From NCBI GenBank assembly GCA_965240325.2, contig OZ251238.1, positions 1,364,001 to 1,428,000 on the forward strand: 64,000 nt of DNA, read 5' to 3'. Numbering within the stretch: the stretch's first letter is position 1; every line of letters begins with the position of its first letter. The stretch is from Rebecca billardiae RCC1528 (lineage: Eukaryota; Protista; Haptophyta). Positions 1 through 13,935 of this stretch are shown in pieces. The translations under genes were made by a program, and so were the position numbers. The notes beneath the pieces are model-generated. The model was not told where the DNA came from, searched no databases, and was given only the letters and a program-made list of their open reading frames with translations.

Positions 1-58
1 CGCACTCTGTGCCAGGGCACCGCGAGGACGCCACCCCAGAGCCTGCGCCGCGCCGTCG

Positions 59-1738
59 TCACTGCCGACCGAGCGGCGGCCCGAACGGGGCGGCGTGCGT
101 GCGCGGCGTGAAGGGGCCATCGTGAGGGCCTGAGCCTTGGGGCGCCGACGACGCTGCAGCCGCGGCGCCGTGCAGCTTGACGGCGGCTCCGCCGTACACG
201 GCGGGCGCGCTTGGCGCGTCGGCGTTGAAGCAGCCCTGGCCGCTGATGGTGACGCACGCCGGACGCACGCCGGCAGCCAAGATCGCGCCCGCGGCTGGCG
301 GGATCGACGGCGCCGCGCCGCCGAGCGCGGGCGCGGACGCGCGGCGCCCGTGCTGCCCGCCGCGCATCCCCTGCACCTGCGCCGACGCGGCGCGGCCAGG
401 CGCCGCGGACGCGCGGCGTGCGTGCGCGGGCGCGTCGGCGCGCGCCACGGGCGCGCTCCCGCCGCGCGCGCGCGCGCGCGCCGAGAGCAGCTTGCCCACG
501 ACGAACGGCCGTTCGTTCACGCCCACCGCGCGCCCGTCCACCTCCGCGAGACACGGCGGTCCGGCGAGTAGAATGAACGACCGTGTGTCTTTGGGCGCGC
601 ACGGCATCTGCGCGGTGGTGTGCGCGAGCGCGCCGCGTGGCGCGGCGGCGAGCGGGCACGGGGCGATGTTGAGCTTCGCCAGCCGCTCGCAGCCGTTCAG
701 CAGCGCGCCGAGCAGCGGCGCGTCGTCCACGCCGAGATCGCATCCCGAGATATCGATCTCGCGCAGCGCGGAGCACACGAGCAGCGCGTGTACAGACTCT
801 GCGCCCACGCCGTTGCCCGCGCAGCGCAGCGACTCGAGCGCCTGGGCGCAGCCGTCGAGGCTGCCCGGGGGCAGCTCGAACGGCTCGCCCTCCGCAAGCC
901 GCTGCTGCGCCACGTGCAGCTCGCGCAGCCGCACCGCGCGGTCCAGCCCGCCGACGTGCGTCAGCCGGTTGCGACTCAGCCGCAGCCTCTCTAAGGAGCC
1001 GGGCGCGAGCCAGTCGTCGAGCGAGGCGAGCGCGTTGTCCTCGGCGTGCAGCTGGCGCAGCGAGCGGACGTGCGAGAAGGGCTCGAGCGAGGTGAGCGCG
1101 TTTCCCGAGATGAACGCCACCTCGAGGACGGGCAGCGCCTGCGGGGGGCGGAGGGGGGGGCGGCGGGAGGGGGTGAGCACGCGGGCGCAGACGCGCGGTT
1201 GTGTTGACGGCTCGGCGCGCGAAGCGCCCGCTGCGGCGGGGCGCGAGAGGCGCGTGGCGTGCGGCCGCACGCCGCGCACCTGAATCCCCTCCACGTGCGA
1301 GAGCCGCTGACCGTCCAGGTGCAGGTGCGTGATCGAGCGGAGGAACGCGCGCCGGCTGACGCCCGCGGCGGGCTTGCGCCGTACGCCAAGCTCGATCAGC
1401 GCATGCAGATTCGGGTCGTCCTCGGGCTCGGACGTCTTGGCGTGCTGGTCGCGCGTGGTACGGCGCGCAGTGGCGAACGCCGAGTAGTCGAACGCGCTCG
1501 AGGGCTCGCCGCGCGCCGAGGCCGGGCCCGAGCCAGAGGGCGACGCACGCTCGCCGCGCGCCGCCGCCTCCGCCGACGCGTCGCTCTGCTCCGACGGGAA
1601 GGCCGGTGGGCGGCCGTCCGTGCGGGATGCGCCGAGATGGTGGCTGGCCTGGGAGCCGTCGTTTGCGAGCTGCGGCTTGGGCGGCGGCTCGAGCGCGAGG
1701 CCGGAGAGAGCGTCGGTCAAGCCCAGCGGCGCCGACAT
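59..1738 (-). CDS. Leucine-rich-repeat protein, PPP1R42/LRRC67 (SDS22-like) type
   Basis: SDS22-like LRRs (ITHLHLDGQRLSHVEGI, LRQLHAEDNALASL, LERLRLSRNRLTHVGGL, LRELHVAQQRL) and a probable LRR cap. In-frame GT-AG intron at 1279-1139. Confidence 0.7.
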   Translation of the reverse strand: MSAPLGLTDALSGLALEPPPKPQLANDGSQASHHLGASRTDGRPPAFPSEQSDASAEAAARGERASPSGSGPASARGEPSSAFDYSAFATARRTTRDQHAKTSEPEDDPNLHALIELGVRRKPAAGVSRRAFLRSITHLHLDGQRLSHVEGIQVRGVRPHATRLSRPAAAGASRAEPSTQPRVCARVLTPSRRPPLRPPQALPVLEVAFISGNALTSLEPFSHVRSLRQLHAEDNALASLDDWLAPGSLERLRLSRNRLTHVGGLDRAVRLRELHVAQQRLAEGEPFELPPGSLDGCAQALESLRCAGNGVGAESVHALLVCSALREIDISGCDLGVDDAPLLGALLNGCERLAKLNIAPCPLAAAPRGALAHTTAQMPCAPKDTRSFILLAGPPCLAEVDGRAVGVNERPFVVGKLLSARARARGGSAPVARADAPAHARRASAAPGRAASAQVQGMRGGQHGRRASAPALGGAAPSIPPAAGAILAAGVRPACVTISGQGCFNADAPSAPAVYGGAAVKLHGAAAAASSAPQGSGPHDGPFTPRTHAAPFGPPLGRQ

Positions 1739-1936
1739 GGACGCTATAGCGGTTATGCCGGCCGGTTCAAAGGTGCGGGGCGGGGCGCGAGACCGTCCGG
1801 CCGCCCGTGACTGTGCAGCGCAGCGCTGTCTTCATGCAATCCGGCTCATCGCCTATTGGTCGAAGGGATGGTGCTACACTGTACTGGCTATTTCGGTGCT
1901 GGGCGCCCATCCATGCTAGGTCATATTCGAGCAGGG

Positions 1937-2455
1937 ATGCGGTGGGCGGGCGCAATCGTGCTCGCTGTGGCCTGCGCGGTGCGCGCCGACTTCCAGCCGG
2001 TCGTCAACGCGACGCGCTACCAGGAGTGCCTGGCCGACGTCCCCAGCTGCTCCGCGCTCCAGCTCGAGTACTCCTCCATCAGCGGCTCCATCCCAGAGGC
2101 GATCGGCGCGCTCACCGCGCTCGCGCGACTCGACATCTCGTACAACCACCTGGTGGGCACGCTGCCCACCGAGCTCGGCCTGCTGACCGCCCTCACGCGG
2201 CTCAACTTGCAGTCCAACCAGCTGGGCGGCACGCTGGACGACGTGCCCTGGCCCAACTTCCAGCACATGCAGTACATCGATCTCTTCTCAAACGCGTTCA
2301 ACGGCACGGTGCCGTCGAGCATTGCGCAGATGACCGCGCTGCGCTCCTTCTACACGGTGGGGAACGACGAGCTAGACTGCACATTGCCGACGGAGCTGGG
2401 TACGCTCACGTCCTTCTACATCCAAATCGACGATGCGTGCACCGATAGCAGCTGA
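1937..2455 (+). CDS. Small secreted plant-type LRR protein
   Basis: Signal peptide MRWAGAIVLAVACAVRA, then plant-specific LRR units (SGSIPEAIGALTALARLDISYNHLVGTLPTELGLLTALTRLNLQSNQLGG). Intronless. Confidence 0.8.
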   Translation: MRWAGAIVLAVACAVRADFQPVVNATRYQECLADVPSCSALQLEYSSISGSIPEAIGALTALARLDISYNHLVGTLPTELGLLTALTRLNLQSNQLGGTLDDVPWPNFQHMQYIDLFSNAFNGTVPSSIAQMTALRSFYTVGNDELDCTLPTELGTLTSFYIQIDDACTDSS

Positions 2456-2668
2456 GAGCGGCTTCGCCGCGGGGGGCCGCGGCCGTCGCGCCGGACTTCG
2501 GACAGTGTCACTGCACGCGGGCGGATCAGTCACCCACGCTGCCCTCCGCCACCAGATGAGTTAATGATATACGTATGCAATAATGGTGACGTGGGCCACC
2601 GCCGGGCCCCGCGTGATGTAGTCAATCAGTCCGAAGGGGCGCGGACAGTTAACTCCCGACTCAGCCAC

Positions 2669-4213
2669 TCAGGCTCCAGGCTGCGACTGGTTCCGCGGGC
2701 GCGGGCGGGCCGTCGGCGCCGTGCCAGCCGGCGCCGCGGCGGTGTCTGCGCCCGCGGGGCCAGGGCAACGCCAGTCCTCATCGCGGCAAGCGCGAGGCAG
2801 CTCGTAGTTGAGGCAGACGAAGTCCTGGTAGAACACCCGGCACACGATGCGCATCAGCTCGGGCTCGGCATCGAGCAGCTGGCTCAACGATGTCTTGGAC
2901 GGAAAGCCCACTGCGTTGCGCACGAGGCTGGGCCCGCTGTGCGCGTGCTTGCTGGCCGGGTGCTCGTGCGCCGCACCTTTCGGGAGCGCTGCCGCGAGCA
3001 GCGCCGCCTCGTCCCTGACCTTGGGCTTGGCGTTTTCGTTGAGGTTGCCGGCGTTGGCTGAGCTGTACATCTTGCAGGTCGCAGTGTGGTCGAAGGCGCC
3101 CTTTAGCGCACCCTCCGCCCTCAGCGCGCTCACCAGCGCGTCCACGTCCTCTTCGAGCGACTCCTGACGCAGCATCCTCGTGTACGTCACCGCGTCTGTC
3201 ACGGGTGCGACGCACACGGCCGCCGGCGAGAGATCGGGCCGAAGCCGCAACTGCTTGGTTGGCCGTGCCTTGGTCGGCCTGTGTGCGAGGAAGCCGCAGA
3301 CGGAGGCGACGTGCTGCCATGCAAAATATCGGGGCACACACTCGAGCTCTCGTAGGAAGGCGCGGAAGCGCGCGGCGTCGTCCACCGGGCGTGCGAGCGT
3401 TGGAATCTGGTTGGGCTCCACGGAAGTGACGAGCTCGCCGTCGTAGCCCGCGAGCAACCAGCGCGCCCCCGACGCTCGCACGCGCGCCTCTCTCACTTGC
3501 ACCTCCGACACATTCACGCGGAATCCAGACAGGTGCACTTTGCGCCGAAAGAGCGCGCGGCGCTGTCTTAAACGAGCACCCGCCGGCGAGAGCGCCGGCG
3601 GATGCTCGGATGGTGCTGGAGGGAGCGTATCGTGCAGCCTGCGCAGGTCGCCTGCGTCGGGCAGCCGCACCGTGCTGCCGTCAGGCGCTTGCATCGGGTG
3701 TGTGAGGCGGCCGAGCAGCTCGCTGTACCCGCTGATCACGCGGTCCACGGGCGAGCGAGCCATCCCGACAAAGCGCGTCGGCTCTCGACGCTGCTTGCTG
3801 GGCATTGCGCTCGCTATGCGACGATGGAAAGCACATCGCCAGTAGCCCTTGACAGCAGTGATGCCCGCTTTCCACACAAGTCGCACTGCAGTCGCGTTGT
3901 CGGGCGCGAGGACCCAGGCGTCGGGGAAGCTGCAGGAGGCGAACGGGTGGTGCGGGTCCAACGGTGCGCAGTGGGCGGGCTTGGGCCACGCCTCGTCCTC
4001 GTAGTGCGGCAATCGTCCTTGGCCCCACTCGCGCCCATCGCGAAGGTCGCGTGTCGCAGGCCGGAACCTGCAGCGCTCGCGCAGCGCGTGCTGGTGCTGC
4101 AGGAGGAGACGAGACGCGTTCTCGGGCGCATCCGCGTTCGGGCAGAAGAGAGCTCCTGCATGGAGCGCGTATGCCACGAGTATGCCCAGAAGCCTCACCC
4201 CGCCGGCGGCCAT
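2669..4213 (-). CDS. Carbohydrate sulfotransferase (Sulfotransfer_2-like)
   Basis: N-terminal anchor, 5'PSB-like VWKAGIT, 3'PB-like ARSPVDRVISGY, and C-terminal VCRVFYQDFVCLNY. Start chosen at MAAGGVRLL. Confidence 0.7.
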   Translation of the reverse strand: MAAGGVRLLGILVAYALHAGALFCPNADAPENASRLLLQHQHALRERCRFRPATRDLRDGREWGQGRLPHYEDEAWPKPAHCAPLDPHHPFASCSFPDAWVLAPDNATAVRLVWKAGITAVKGYWRCAFHRRIASAMPSKQRREPTRFVGMARSPVDRVISGYSELLGRLTHPMQAPDGSTVRLPDAGDLRRLHDTLPPAPSEHPPALSPAGARLRQRRALFRRKVHLSGFRVNVSEVQVREARVRASGARWLLAGYDGELVTSVEPNQIPTLARPVDDAARFRAFLRELECVPRYFAWQHVASVCGFLAHRPTKARPTKQLRLRPDLSPAAVCVAPVTDAVTYTRMLRQESLEEDVDALVSALRAEGALKGAFDHTATCKMYSSANAGNLNENAKPKVRDEAALLAAALPKGAAHEHPASKHAHSGPSLVRNAVGFPSKTSLSQLLDAEPELMRIVCRVFYQDFVCLNYELPRACRDEDWRCPGPAGADTAAAPAGTAPTARPRPRNQSQPGA

Positions 4214-4269
4214 CGCTCGGATGCGCCTCTTTAAGAACCGTTCGAACAGCATGGCGCCGCCGCCCGGCG

Positions 4270-4860
4270 CACGCGCAAGGACACGCCGCAGGAGGACCTG
4301 GGCGTGATATGCCGCGATCTCGCGCGCGAGGCGGTGCGCGTGAGGAGCATGCGCACCGGAGGAGACCTCACAGACGCGCGCGACATGGACAACGACCTGC
4401 GCAAGGCATCTGAGTTGATGACCGAGGCCGAGAAGTGCCGGAGCCATCAACGACAACGACAAGTGGATCAAGCAGGCGAACACCACCATCAAGCACGAGC
4501 GAGAGGTCATTCGGGATGTCGGCAAGCTTCGTACAGCATATCTCGAAGGCGCCGCCGCACGCCTCGCGCGCAGTGCCAAGTGCAGCCGCATGGCTGAGGC
4601 TCCCGAGGGGCTGCGCTCGCTTGCCTTCCCGTGACGGAGGGCACGACATCGACACGGGCGGGCTCAACACCGCCAACCGCCCGCCGGGGCAGGCCGACGA
4701 GACCCAGAAGCATGCGTCGTACTCATCGGACGCGCTCGGCGCACTCTCAGGTCGTGTTGGGCGCCCACGCGCGCGCGCGTGCTGCCACGAGCACCACGAC
4801 AAGCCCAAGGCCAAGCGTGCACTCGGCGGTATGCGCATGAGCCCTGTAGCTCCGTCAGAC
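4270..4860 (+). pseudogene. Frameshifted coding-like remnant (helical/coiled-coil protein, origin unknown)
   Basis: Protein-like text moves across frames (DLAREAVRVRSMRTGGDLTDARDMDNDLRKASELMTEAEK / INDNDKWIKQANTTIKHEREVIRDVGKLRTAYLEG). No intact ORF. Confidence 0.3.
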
Positions 4861-6039
4861 GCCCGTGACATAGTGTCACAGACGTGCTCGCCGCAGACAA
4901 TTGCAACGGAACCCGGGCGCGGACGGGCTCCTGGGTCATCCGAAATTTGGACGGAAGTCGGATCGGACATAAATGATGCGAATATCAATATGAATATCTG
5001 CTCAGCAATAACACGCCCACGGGCCAATATGGCCCAATTATTATATAGGAAATGTGGGTCAATATATATGATCGATTATATCCAACTTCCGCCGTCAAAA
5101 TTAAAGGATCTGAATAATCCATCATCCGCAATCGGTCATGGCCCGCGGTGCAGGGCGGAGCGCGTAGCGTGGAGCCCCGCCGGGGGCCCTCACTACGTTG
5201 TCAAAAAGCAGATCTTTTGATCAAAGAAAAGGGGACGGGGGACGATTTTGAGGGCTGTTGGAGGGTGAGTTTTCGCTTTTTCGAGGGGTACATTCGCCCA
5301 TTGCTCTGCATTAGCAAGACGCGATTGACGAAATAGCCGCGCCCGGGCCATTTCGCATATGTCGATGGACGGACGTGCATTTGTCAGTATATCTGGGTGA
5401 ACGAATCTGCGATTTGTTGTAAATCTTCATAGCATATTGCCAAATAGGACGAGGACCCAGCGCGTGCGCTGGAGGTCCTGGGCTCCTGGCAAAAAGTCTT
5501 CGTCAAGTACTCAACTTTACTAACGACGAACCTTTATTGCGCGGTGCCAAATTACTCAACTTTACACCTGAATGACCCCAGTGGGCGGAAATGGCCATAT
5601 CTCCCGGAGATCGGGAGTACTCACACGTGTGAGTCATGTTTCGTCCTTTTTCCCGAGACGTTGATTGGTCAAACGCTCAGCATTCTATGTCCACAATTCC
5701 ATATCGACACAACACAACTCCTACCAACCTGTGTACTAAAAACCTTGGGTTAGCTGCACAACGACCAATCATCGCGCAGCGAGCGGAGAGACTCGAAAAC
5801 CGAGAATCACTCACGCATTTACTATGATGTTTGCTCTTCGCCCATGCCAACTTTGCTATTGACAAAAACGCAGCGGCTTGGTTACGACCCATAGAAAGAC
5901 GACCACCAATCAGCACACAGCAAACGAGACAACCTTCACTTTCGAGCGGGCGAAAGGAGCTTTGGCCTTCAACCCGCAGGCATATGCGTTCTGGCGCTGG
6001 CCTTCGTTCGGCGCCCGAGCATCATCGGTAGACGTGTGG

Positions 6040-7170
6040 CGTGCCGGCCCACGGTCCGCCGCCCTCGCCCTGCTCATCTTCATCGTCTCCTCATCCTCCT
6101 CGTCGTCCGCGCCGCCGCCGTGCGCCAGCGCCTCCGCCAGCGCGGCGCCGCGCAGGTGCTCGCGGAACAGCGCGACGGCGCCAGAGCGCGCCGGCCGGCG
6201 TGGCGCCGGCGGGCGGGCGCGCGGCGCTCAGCGCGGTGCCGAGCAGCCCGCCGAGCGCGCGCAGCTGCGCACCCGCCGGCAGCTCGAGCAGCGCCGCGTG
6301 GCACGCGCCCGCGCCGGCGGCGCCGAGCTCCGCGCACAGCACGGACAGCCCTCGTGCCCACGCCGCCGCGCGCCCGCCCGCGCCCGCGGCGTGCAGCGCG
6401 CCGAGCGCGGCGCCGAGCGCGGCGCGCGCTGCGGACGTGTCGGCGGCGCACAGCGCACCCGCCACCGCGCCCAGTGCACACGCGGCACACGCGAGCAGCT
6501 TGAGCACGCTCGCGCATGCCAACTGCGAGTGCGGAGGCGCTGGGCGCCGAGCTGGCGAAGCGCGGCGCCGAGCTCGACGCGCTGCGCGACGCGGAGACGG
6601 ACGCGCTGGGCGCGCGTGGCGCCCTCGTCGCGACGCCCCGTGCAGCAGCTCGAGCAGCCAGCTGTGGAGTAGACGGCCGTCGAGGCGATCGGCGCCGGGC
6701 GCCAGCGCGCACGGGCTCAGCCCGTGCCGCTGGCTCGGGCCGCCGCAGCCGTCTTCGAGGCCGACGCGGCGGAGGAGGCGGCGGGCGAGCACGGCGGCGC
6801 GGTGGAGCAGGCGCGCACGCGCGGCGGCAGGCGCGACGCGCCGCTCGCCTCGTTCCACCCCGAGCTCCGCTCGGTCTCGGTGCGCGGCTGCCGGCAGCGC
6901 AGGCCGGGGCAGCACTGCGCGGCGCGCGCTCTCGCTCCGTCTGCCGGCACGAGGTGCGCCGGCTGAGTGAGCGACCAGCGGCCCGTCGTCGAGCGCATGG
7001 CGCCGCGCGAGCACGTCAAGCAGACTGTGCGCCCGCACGCGCGCACGCGCTGGCCCGCGCCGCGCGGCGCCTATCGCCCTGCCTGCGCGCGCGCGCCGCC
7101 CCGCGGCGGCCGCTTCCCCGCGCGGCGGCCCGCCGGCGACAGTCCTCGGCCCGCCGGCCCGGTGGGCGGT
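6040..7170. pseudogene. Mosaic of broken host-like gene fragments on both strands
   Basis: Minus-strand Ala/Leu-rich fragment at ~6520-6070 with a frameshift, ending GGADDEEDEE. It abuts plus-strand fragments (AELAKRGAELDALRDAETDALG; AVFEADAAEEAAGE) interrupted by frameshifts and a stop. Confidence 0.3.
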
Positions 7171-7844
7171 AACTGAGTTGTGGCGGTGGCAGCTCCGAGG
7201 CAAACGAACTGTTACACATGTCCGACTGAGACAGCAGCCGACGGAGGGTGCACCGCGGGCCCCTAACTGCGTTGGTTCTACGGAAGGACCGCGGAACGCG
7301 GTCATATATATATATATATATGGCGCTCGGCTGCGGTGGCATCTGCCGTCGCCGCCGCGTCAGCGTGCCCCAGGCCGATGAGGGCGGTGCTCCCGCATCC
7401 CGGCCGGCCGCTCCCGTAGGCCTAGAGGGGCAGGGCTGCGTACGATCTCCAAGGTGATCTCGCTATTTGCACCAGAATCGCACCGGCTAGATCACATTTT
7501 GGCAGTCTGAAATTGGCACAAGCGGATTCTACACCCTGGAATTAAGCCTAAACGAACTTAAACGGACTCAAACAGTTATAAATAGAGGAGATATTTCATA
7601 TTTCGAGATTTCGTCGGGAGATTGTGTCACTCGTCGGGACTCGGGAGTGTAACGGTCAGAGCTCTCGGACCCCACTCTATGAGTTGCACTCTGAGCCGCT
7701 GTCGCTGACGCTTGTCCGATATGCTGCCACGTCGTTAAATATATATATATATATATATATATCGCAAAGAAAGAGTGTGAGCTGTGATGAAGTGTGATGA
7801 TGGCTTCACGCCGACCAACCATCGATCGGCCCATCGGGCATCAC

Positions 7845-8948
7845 TCAGCCCGGGAAGTTGAAATCAGTGGAGGGTGTGCCGGAGGAAGAGTACCCACTGG
7901 TGGCATCGGAGATAGCGTTGCTCGAGTAGAGCGAGTAGCTTGAAGACTGGCTGGTCGCGGTGCCCGACTCATACGGGCTCGTGAGGCGCCGCGCTGCGAG
8001 CCGCCGCTGCCGCGCAGGCGAAGGAGAAGCGGCCAGCTCGCGGCGGCCGCGCCGACGCGAAGCGTCGTAGTTCACCCAGGGCTCGGTGTCGTTGCTGACA
8101 TTGTCCTCGAGCCAGTCGTAGAAGTCATCGCAGCCGCCGGCGTCGTTCACGTCGTCGGCGTACTCGTTCACGATGTCGATGACATTCTTGATCGCCACCT
8201 GGTTGTGAACCACCACGACCGCCTCGGCCGCGCAAAACCGTGACGGCGCGCCGGATGCGGGCGCGAGGTGGCCGGCGACGTCGCCCTCGACGGAGAGCAC
8301 CGAGCCATCAGCGGCGTGGACGATGAGGCGCGAGACGCGGTCGACCTCGAACCACCGCAGGGACGCGAAGCGGAAGACGCTCTGGAGCCCCGAATCGCCA
8401 TCCTCCTCGTCCTCGCGAGCCGGCACGAAGATGGAGGTGACGTGCGACTGCACGGAGGGCGGGAAGCGCGTGAGGGTGCCAAGCGCGACCTCAATCTCGG
8501 CGACGTTGGAGGTCACGGGCCCCGCCTCGCGCCACTCCGCGTAGCTCAGCTCCGCGTTGCTCTGCACCGCGTACCGAGCGTCGCGGGTTCCGACGACGTC
8601 GGTCTCGTTCGACACGTTGCCGCCGCGTCGGATCAGTACGCCGTCGACGATGATCGTGTCCTTGGTCAGCGAGATCGCGGCGAGGCTCATGGAGAGGGTG
8701 ATGGCGAGCCAGACGACGAGCACGGCCAAGAGCGAGACCCCGACGCGGCGCCAGTTGCTGGCCGCGGCCTGCCAGGCGCGCATGGCATCGCGCGTCTCCA
8801 GCAGCTCGCGCACAATCTGCTTGACCTCGGCGTGCGAGTAGTCGCCATCCTTGTTCGTGTCGTACCGCTGCATGACCACCGTGGCGCTGCGCGCCATGCT
8901 GTCGCCGCCCTCCAGGTCGGTCGCACCCCCATTCTTGCCGCGTGGCAT
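7845..8948 (-). CDS. EF-hand, single-TM protein of unknown function
   Basis: EF-hand loop YDTNKDGDYSHAE, then a TM helix (VGVSLLAVLVVWLAITLSMSLAAISLTKDT) and a lumenal domain. Intronless. Confidence 0.7.
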   Translation of the reverse strand: MPRGKNGGATDLEGGDSMARSATVVMQRYDTNKDGDYSHAEVKQIVRELLETRDAMRAWQAAASNWRRVGVSLLAVLVVWLAITLSMSLAAISLTKDTIIVDGVLIRRGGNVSNETDVVGTRDARYAVQSNAELSYAEWREAGPVTSNVAEIEVALGTLTRFPPSVQSHVTSIFVPAREDEEDGDSGLQSVFRFASLRWFEVDRVSRLIVHAADGSVLSVEGDVAGHLAPASGAPSRFCAAEAVVVVHNQVAIKNVIDIVNEYADDVNDAGGCDDFYDWLEDNVSNDTEPWVNYDASRRRGRRELAASPSPARQRRLAARRLTSPYESGTATSQSSSYSLYSSNAISDATSGYSSSGTPSTDFNFPG

Positions 8949-9854
8949 GATCGTTTGGCCGAACTGGAACATCGCCCGCGCCAGGTGCTGGTATGGGCCG
9001 CCGCGGCGTCGTCGGCGGTGGTTGCGGGGGCCGCGGGCCGCCGTCCGACCTATTTCCAGCAGTACCGTATTCTACTACTAGTAGTATACGTACGTAGATC
9101 CAGTACTGCTGGAAATGCAAAGTCGTATCCTACTTATTTAGCCAGTACATACGTCGGGGTAAACTGGCGCCAGCGGCGTCCATTTAAAGCTCTCAGGGTT
9201 AGCTTCATAGACTCATTCTATGATTTAACGACACAGGTAGGACGACGCGGGTCTCCTGATTCGTCCATCGTACGTCTCTGAATTCTATGATAACGTGGTC
9301 TGATCGACGATTCATCGATGATTTGATCATTTGATTTGCCCCCTTATGATGAGCATACGCAGTCCGCCCAGGCCCTGGTCGGGGGGATCCCGGACCGCGA
9401 GCGCGGTCATCGTTGCGGCCGCGCTGCGCGTTCTCCGGTGGCAGTGGTAGCTGCCAGTCCGCCCACCAGGCCACCACGAGACCCCAGCTCAGAGGCAGAG
9501 TGGCCGGACTGCGGAGTGCGGAGACTCTGACAGCGGAGACGGGTCGGGCCGACGGTCTGCGACGACGGGCCACTCCCAGGGCCAGGCACGCTCCAGGGGC
9601 CGCGCTGACATCGTGGGCCGAGTGCTCGACCGGCCGGCGCGGCGGGCCGTGAGGCCGAGCCCGAGCCGCCACCACTGCCGGCACACCACCGCCACTGACT
9701 GACGCCAGCTGGTGCGGCGAGCGCGTCCGCGCCCTCCGCCGCCGTTGCGCACCCGCCCGCCCGCCATCTCTCAGTGGGCCGCGCCGCCGCTCGCGCGCCC
9801 ACGCGAGCTGTCGGCGGCCCACGCCGACGTGCACGCGCGCCAGCCACTCGGCTG

Positions 9855-11741
<1,887 letters not shown>

Positions 11742-11786
11742 TCATCGGCGTCGTCTCGCGTCTCTCGGCTCTCGCGCTACCGCGCA

Positions 11787-12731
11787 ATGTCGGCGGTGGT
11801 GCTATTGTTGTGCGCGCCGGCGAGTACGCTGCCTGACAAAGTGTTCTTCATTGGGGCCGGCTCAACTGGCTCACGCGAACTCAACAGGTTCATGAACAAC
11901 CCCAAGATGGGATACCGCTCGGCTCATCTCCATTGCGGGAACGGCGGGAACGTCACGAGGGGAAGCCCGGCACACTGGGCACGTGACGCAAGACAGCACA
12001 TCTCCGATTCAGTCTGCTGGTCCCAGTTCGACAGCTTCACAGACCAAGGCGACCAGGCCGACTTTGAGTGGCTTGACGCGCGCTTTGCGGGTGCGCGCTT
12101 CGTGCTCAACACGCGGCCGCTGCTCCCCTTCCTCGTCAGCCGGCTTGACCACCACAGGCACGATGCCTATCCCGGGCGTTACATCCGTGATGTGGCGTGC
12201 GCGCAAGGGGGGGACGCGGTGCGCTGCGCACGGCTCAGGAGCGGCGAAGAGACGCTCGATTGGCGAGAGCTGCCTCTCCCTCCGGACACGACCGACCGGA
12301 TCATTAAGCTCATCGTGTCCAATGCGGCGCACCAGCAGCGGGTCCTGCGCTACTTCAGCTCGAGCTGGGAGCGCATGCAGCGCTTCGTCGTCGTGTCCGT
12401 GCAGACCATGGAGCCGTGCGAGCTGGGCGAGCTGCTCAGGTGGGTGACGCGGCCCGACTGGCGGGGCGCCCGCACGACACGCGAGCTCGTGGACGTCCCA
12501 GCCAAGCTGCCAGCGCCCGCCCCGCCGCTCACCTCGAGTGATCGACTGTGTCTCCCGCCAGCGAAGCATGCCGGCGACGGGGGCTCGCGGCATCCCTCGT
12601 CCTCCGTAGACGCCGTGAGGTCCGTCTTGAGGGACACGCTCGGGTGTCGAGCAGTCGACCAGCTCGTGTACAGGCGCTGTGCGCGGCGCGCGCAGCTGCA
12701 CGCAGCAAGGAATGGCACCATCATGGTCTGA
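11787..12731 (+). CDS. P-loop sulfotransferase-like protein (Sulfotransfer_4-like) with signal peptide
   Basis: [46 protein letters not shown]. Intronless. Confidence 0.65.
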   Translation: MSAVVLLLCAPASTLPDKVFFIGAGSTGSRELNRFMNNPKMGYRSAHLHCGNGGNVTRGSPAHWARDARQHISDSVCWSQFDSFTDQGDQADFEWLDARFAGARFVLNTRPLLPFLVSRLDHHRHDAYPGRYIRDVACAQGGDAVRCARLRSGEETLDWRELPLPPDTTDRIIKLIVSNAAHQQRVLRYFSSSWERMQRFVVVSVQTMEPCELGELLRWVTRPDWRGARTTRELVDVPAKLPAPAPPLTSSDRLCLPPAKHAGDGGSRHPSSSVDAVRSVLRDTLGCRAVDQLVYRRCARRAQLHAARNGTIMV

Positions 12732-13935
12732 CGGATGGTGCCTCCACGGATGCCCCCGAACATCCGCCTGCGCGCCGCAGTCCGCGGCGTCGCGGACGGA
12801 CGCTGTGCAGTCGTCGTGCAGGGCGGTGCAGCCTGAGACACGTGTATTTGCCACCCCCCCCCGCGGGGGAGCCAATGACAGGGCACTCTGCCGGCGGGGC
12901 CCGGGCCCCACCCCGGCCTGACCCCCGCAGCCAGGCCCAGGGAGCCAATGAGAGGGCAGCCCCCCGACCCGCTCCCTGCTGAGGAGTTACTACTAATTAA
13001 GGCGGGCCGAGAGCCACGATCAGTGACGATGTCGATGAACTCGATGATATAGCTATATATGATATGTATATATATATCATATATATACATATATATAATG
13101 ATTGATGAGAGTGAATTTTTTGAGCAGAGCGGCGAGGGTGGCGGCGAACGCCCCGTCCGTGGGGGCCGTCGCCCACGGCTGCCGCATCAATCTCTCTCTC
13201 TCTCTCTCTCTCTATCCTCTTAGTCCTTACCACACTGGCAACCCGCTCACCGTGCGATCCCTTGGATATACAGTCAACTGTCAAGGCCAAGCGGCCAAGG
13301 GCACTCACTTGTTCACCTTGTTATCACCGTGCGCCCGGCGCCCGCTGCCGCGTGCACGGCAGCCTGGCCGCCGTCCCGCATGTGATGGTACTACCGCATG
13401 CCCCCGCAGCGGCTCGAGCCCCGAGTTGAGCCCGTCGAGCGCAGCGCGCGCGCGCTTGCACGCGAGCGCCTGCTCTGCCTTTGTGCAGCGCCGCGCGTGT
13501 GCCGTCGGGGCGTGTGCGCACTCTGCCTCTGCTTCATTAATTTCAAGGCGCGGAGGACCGAGGAGGCGAGGACGAGGAAGGTGCACGGCGCAGAGGGGGG
13601 CGTCGTACGCTCTGAGACGGAAGCCCCGCGCCGCCGCCGCAGCCCGACCTGAAGGCCGCAGGAGCGCACGGCGCGAGCGGCCCGGCCGCCGTGCACGGCG
13701 GCGAGCGGCAGCGCGTGCCACTCGCACTCGCGAGCCGCGGCCGGTGGACACCCTTGAATCGGAGTACAGCGTACTGTACCCTTTGATTCTTGCCAGGTAA
13801 CGAATGCCGTCGAATCGCTGCCTAACCTATACTACAGTTTACTCAGAATAAAAAGGTGTTAGCACGTGGCGAGCTCACTGCCGCATGCGCGGGTGCCCAC
13901 GGGGTGGGCCTGTTGCTGGGCGTAAGCGTGCGCGT

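Noticed and set aside
4860-6030. Lower-GC stretch with a TACTCAACTTTAC direct repeat and a short resemblance (~5576) to the CACAG-element subterminus
   Set aside because: Probably TE-derived, but no paired termini, TSD or coding motif could be defined.
13102-13800. ORFs between the sulfotransferase and the GT92-like gene
   Set aside because: No motif or credible start, and one of them runs through a (TC)n tract.
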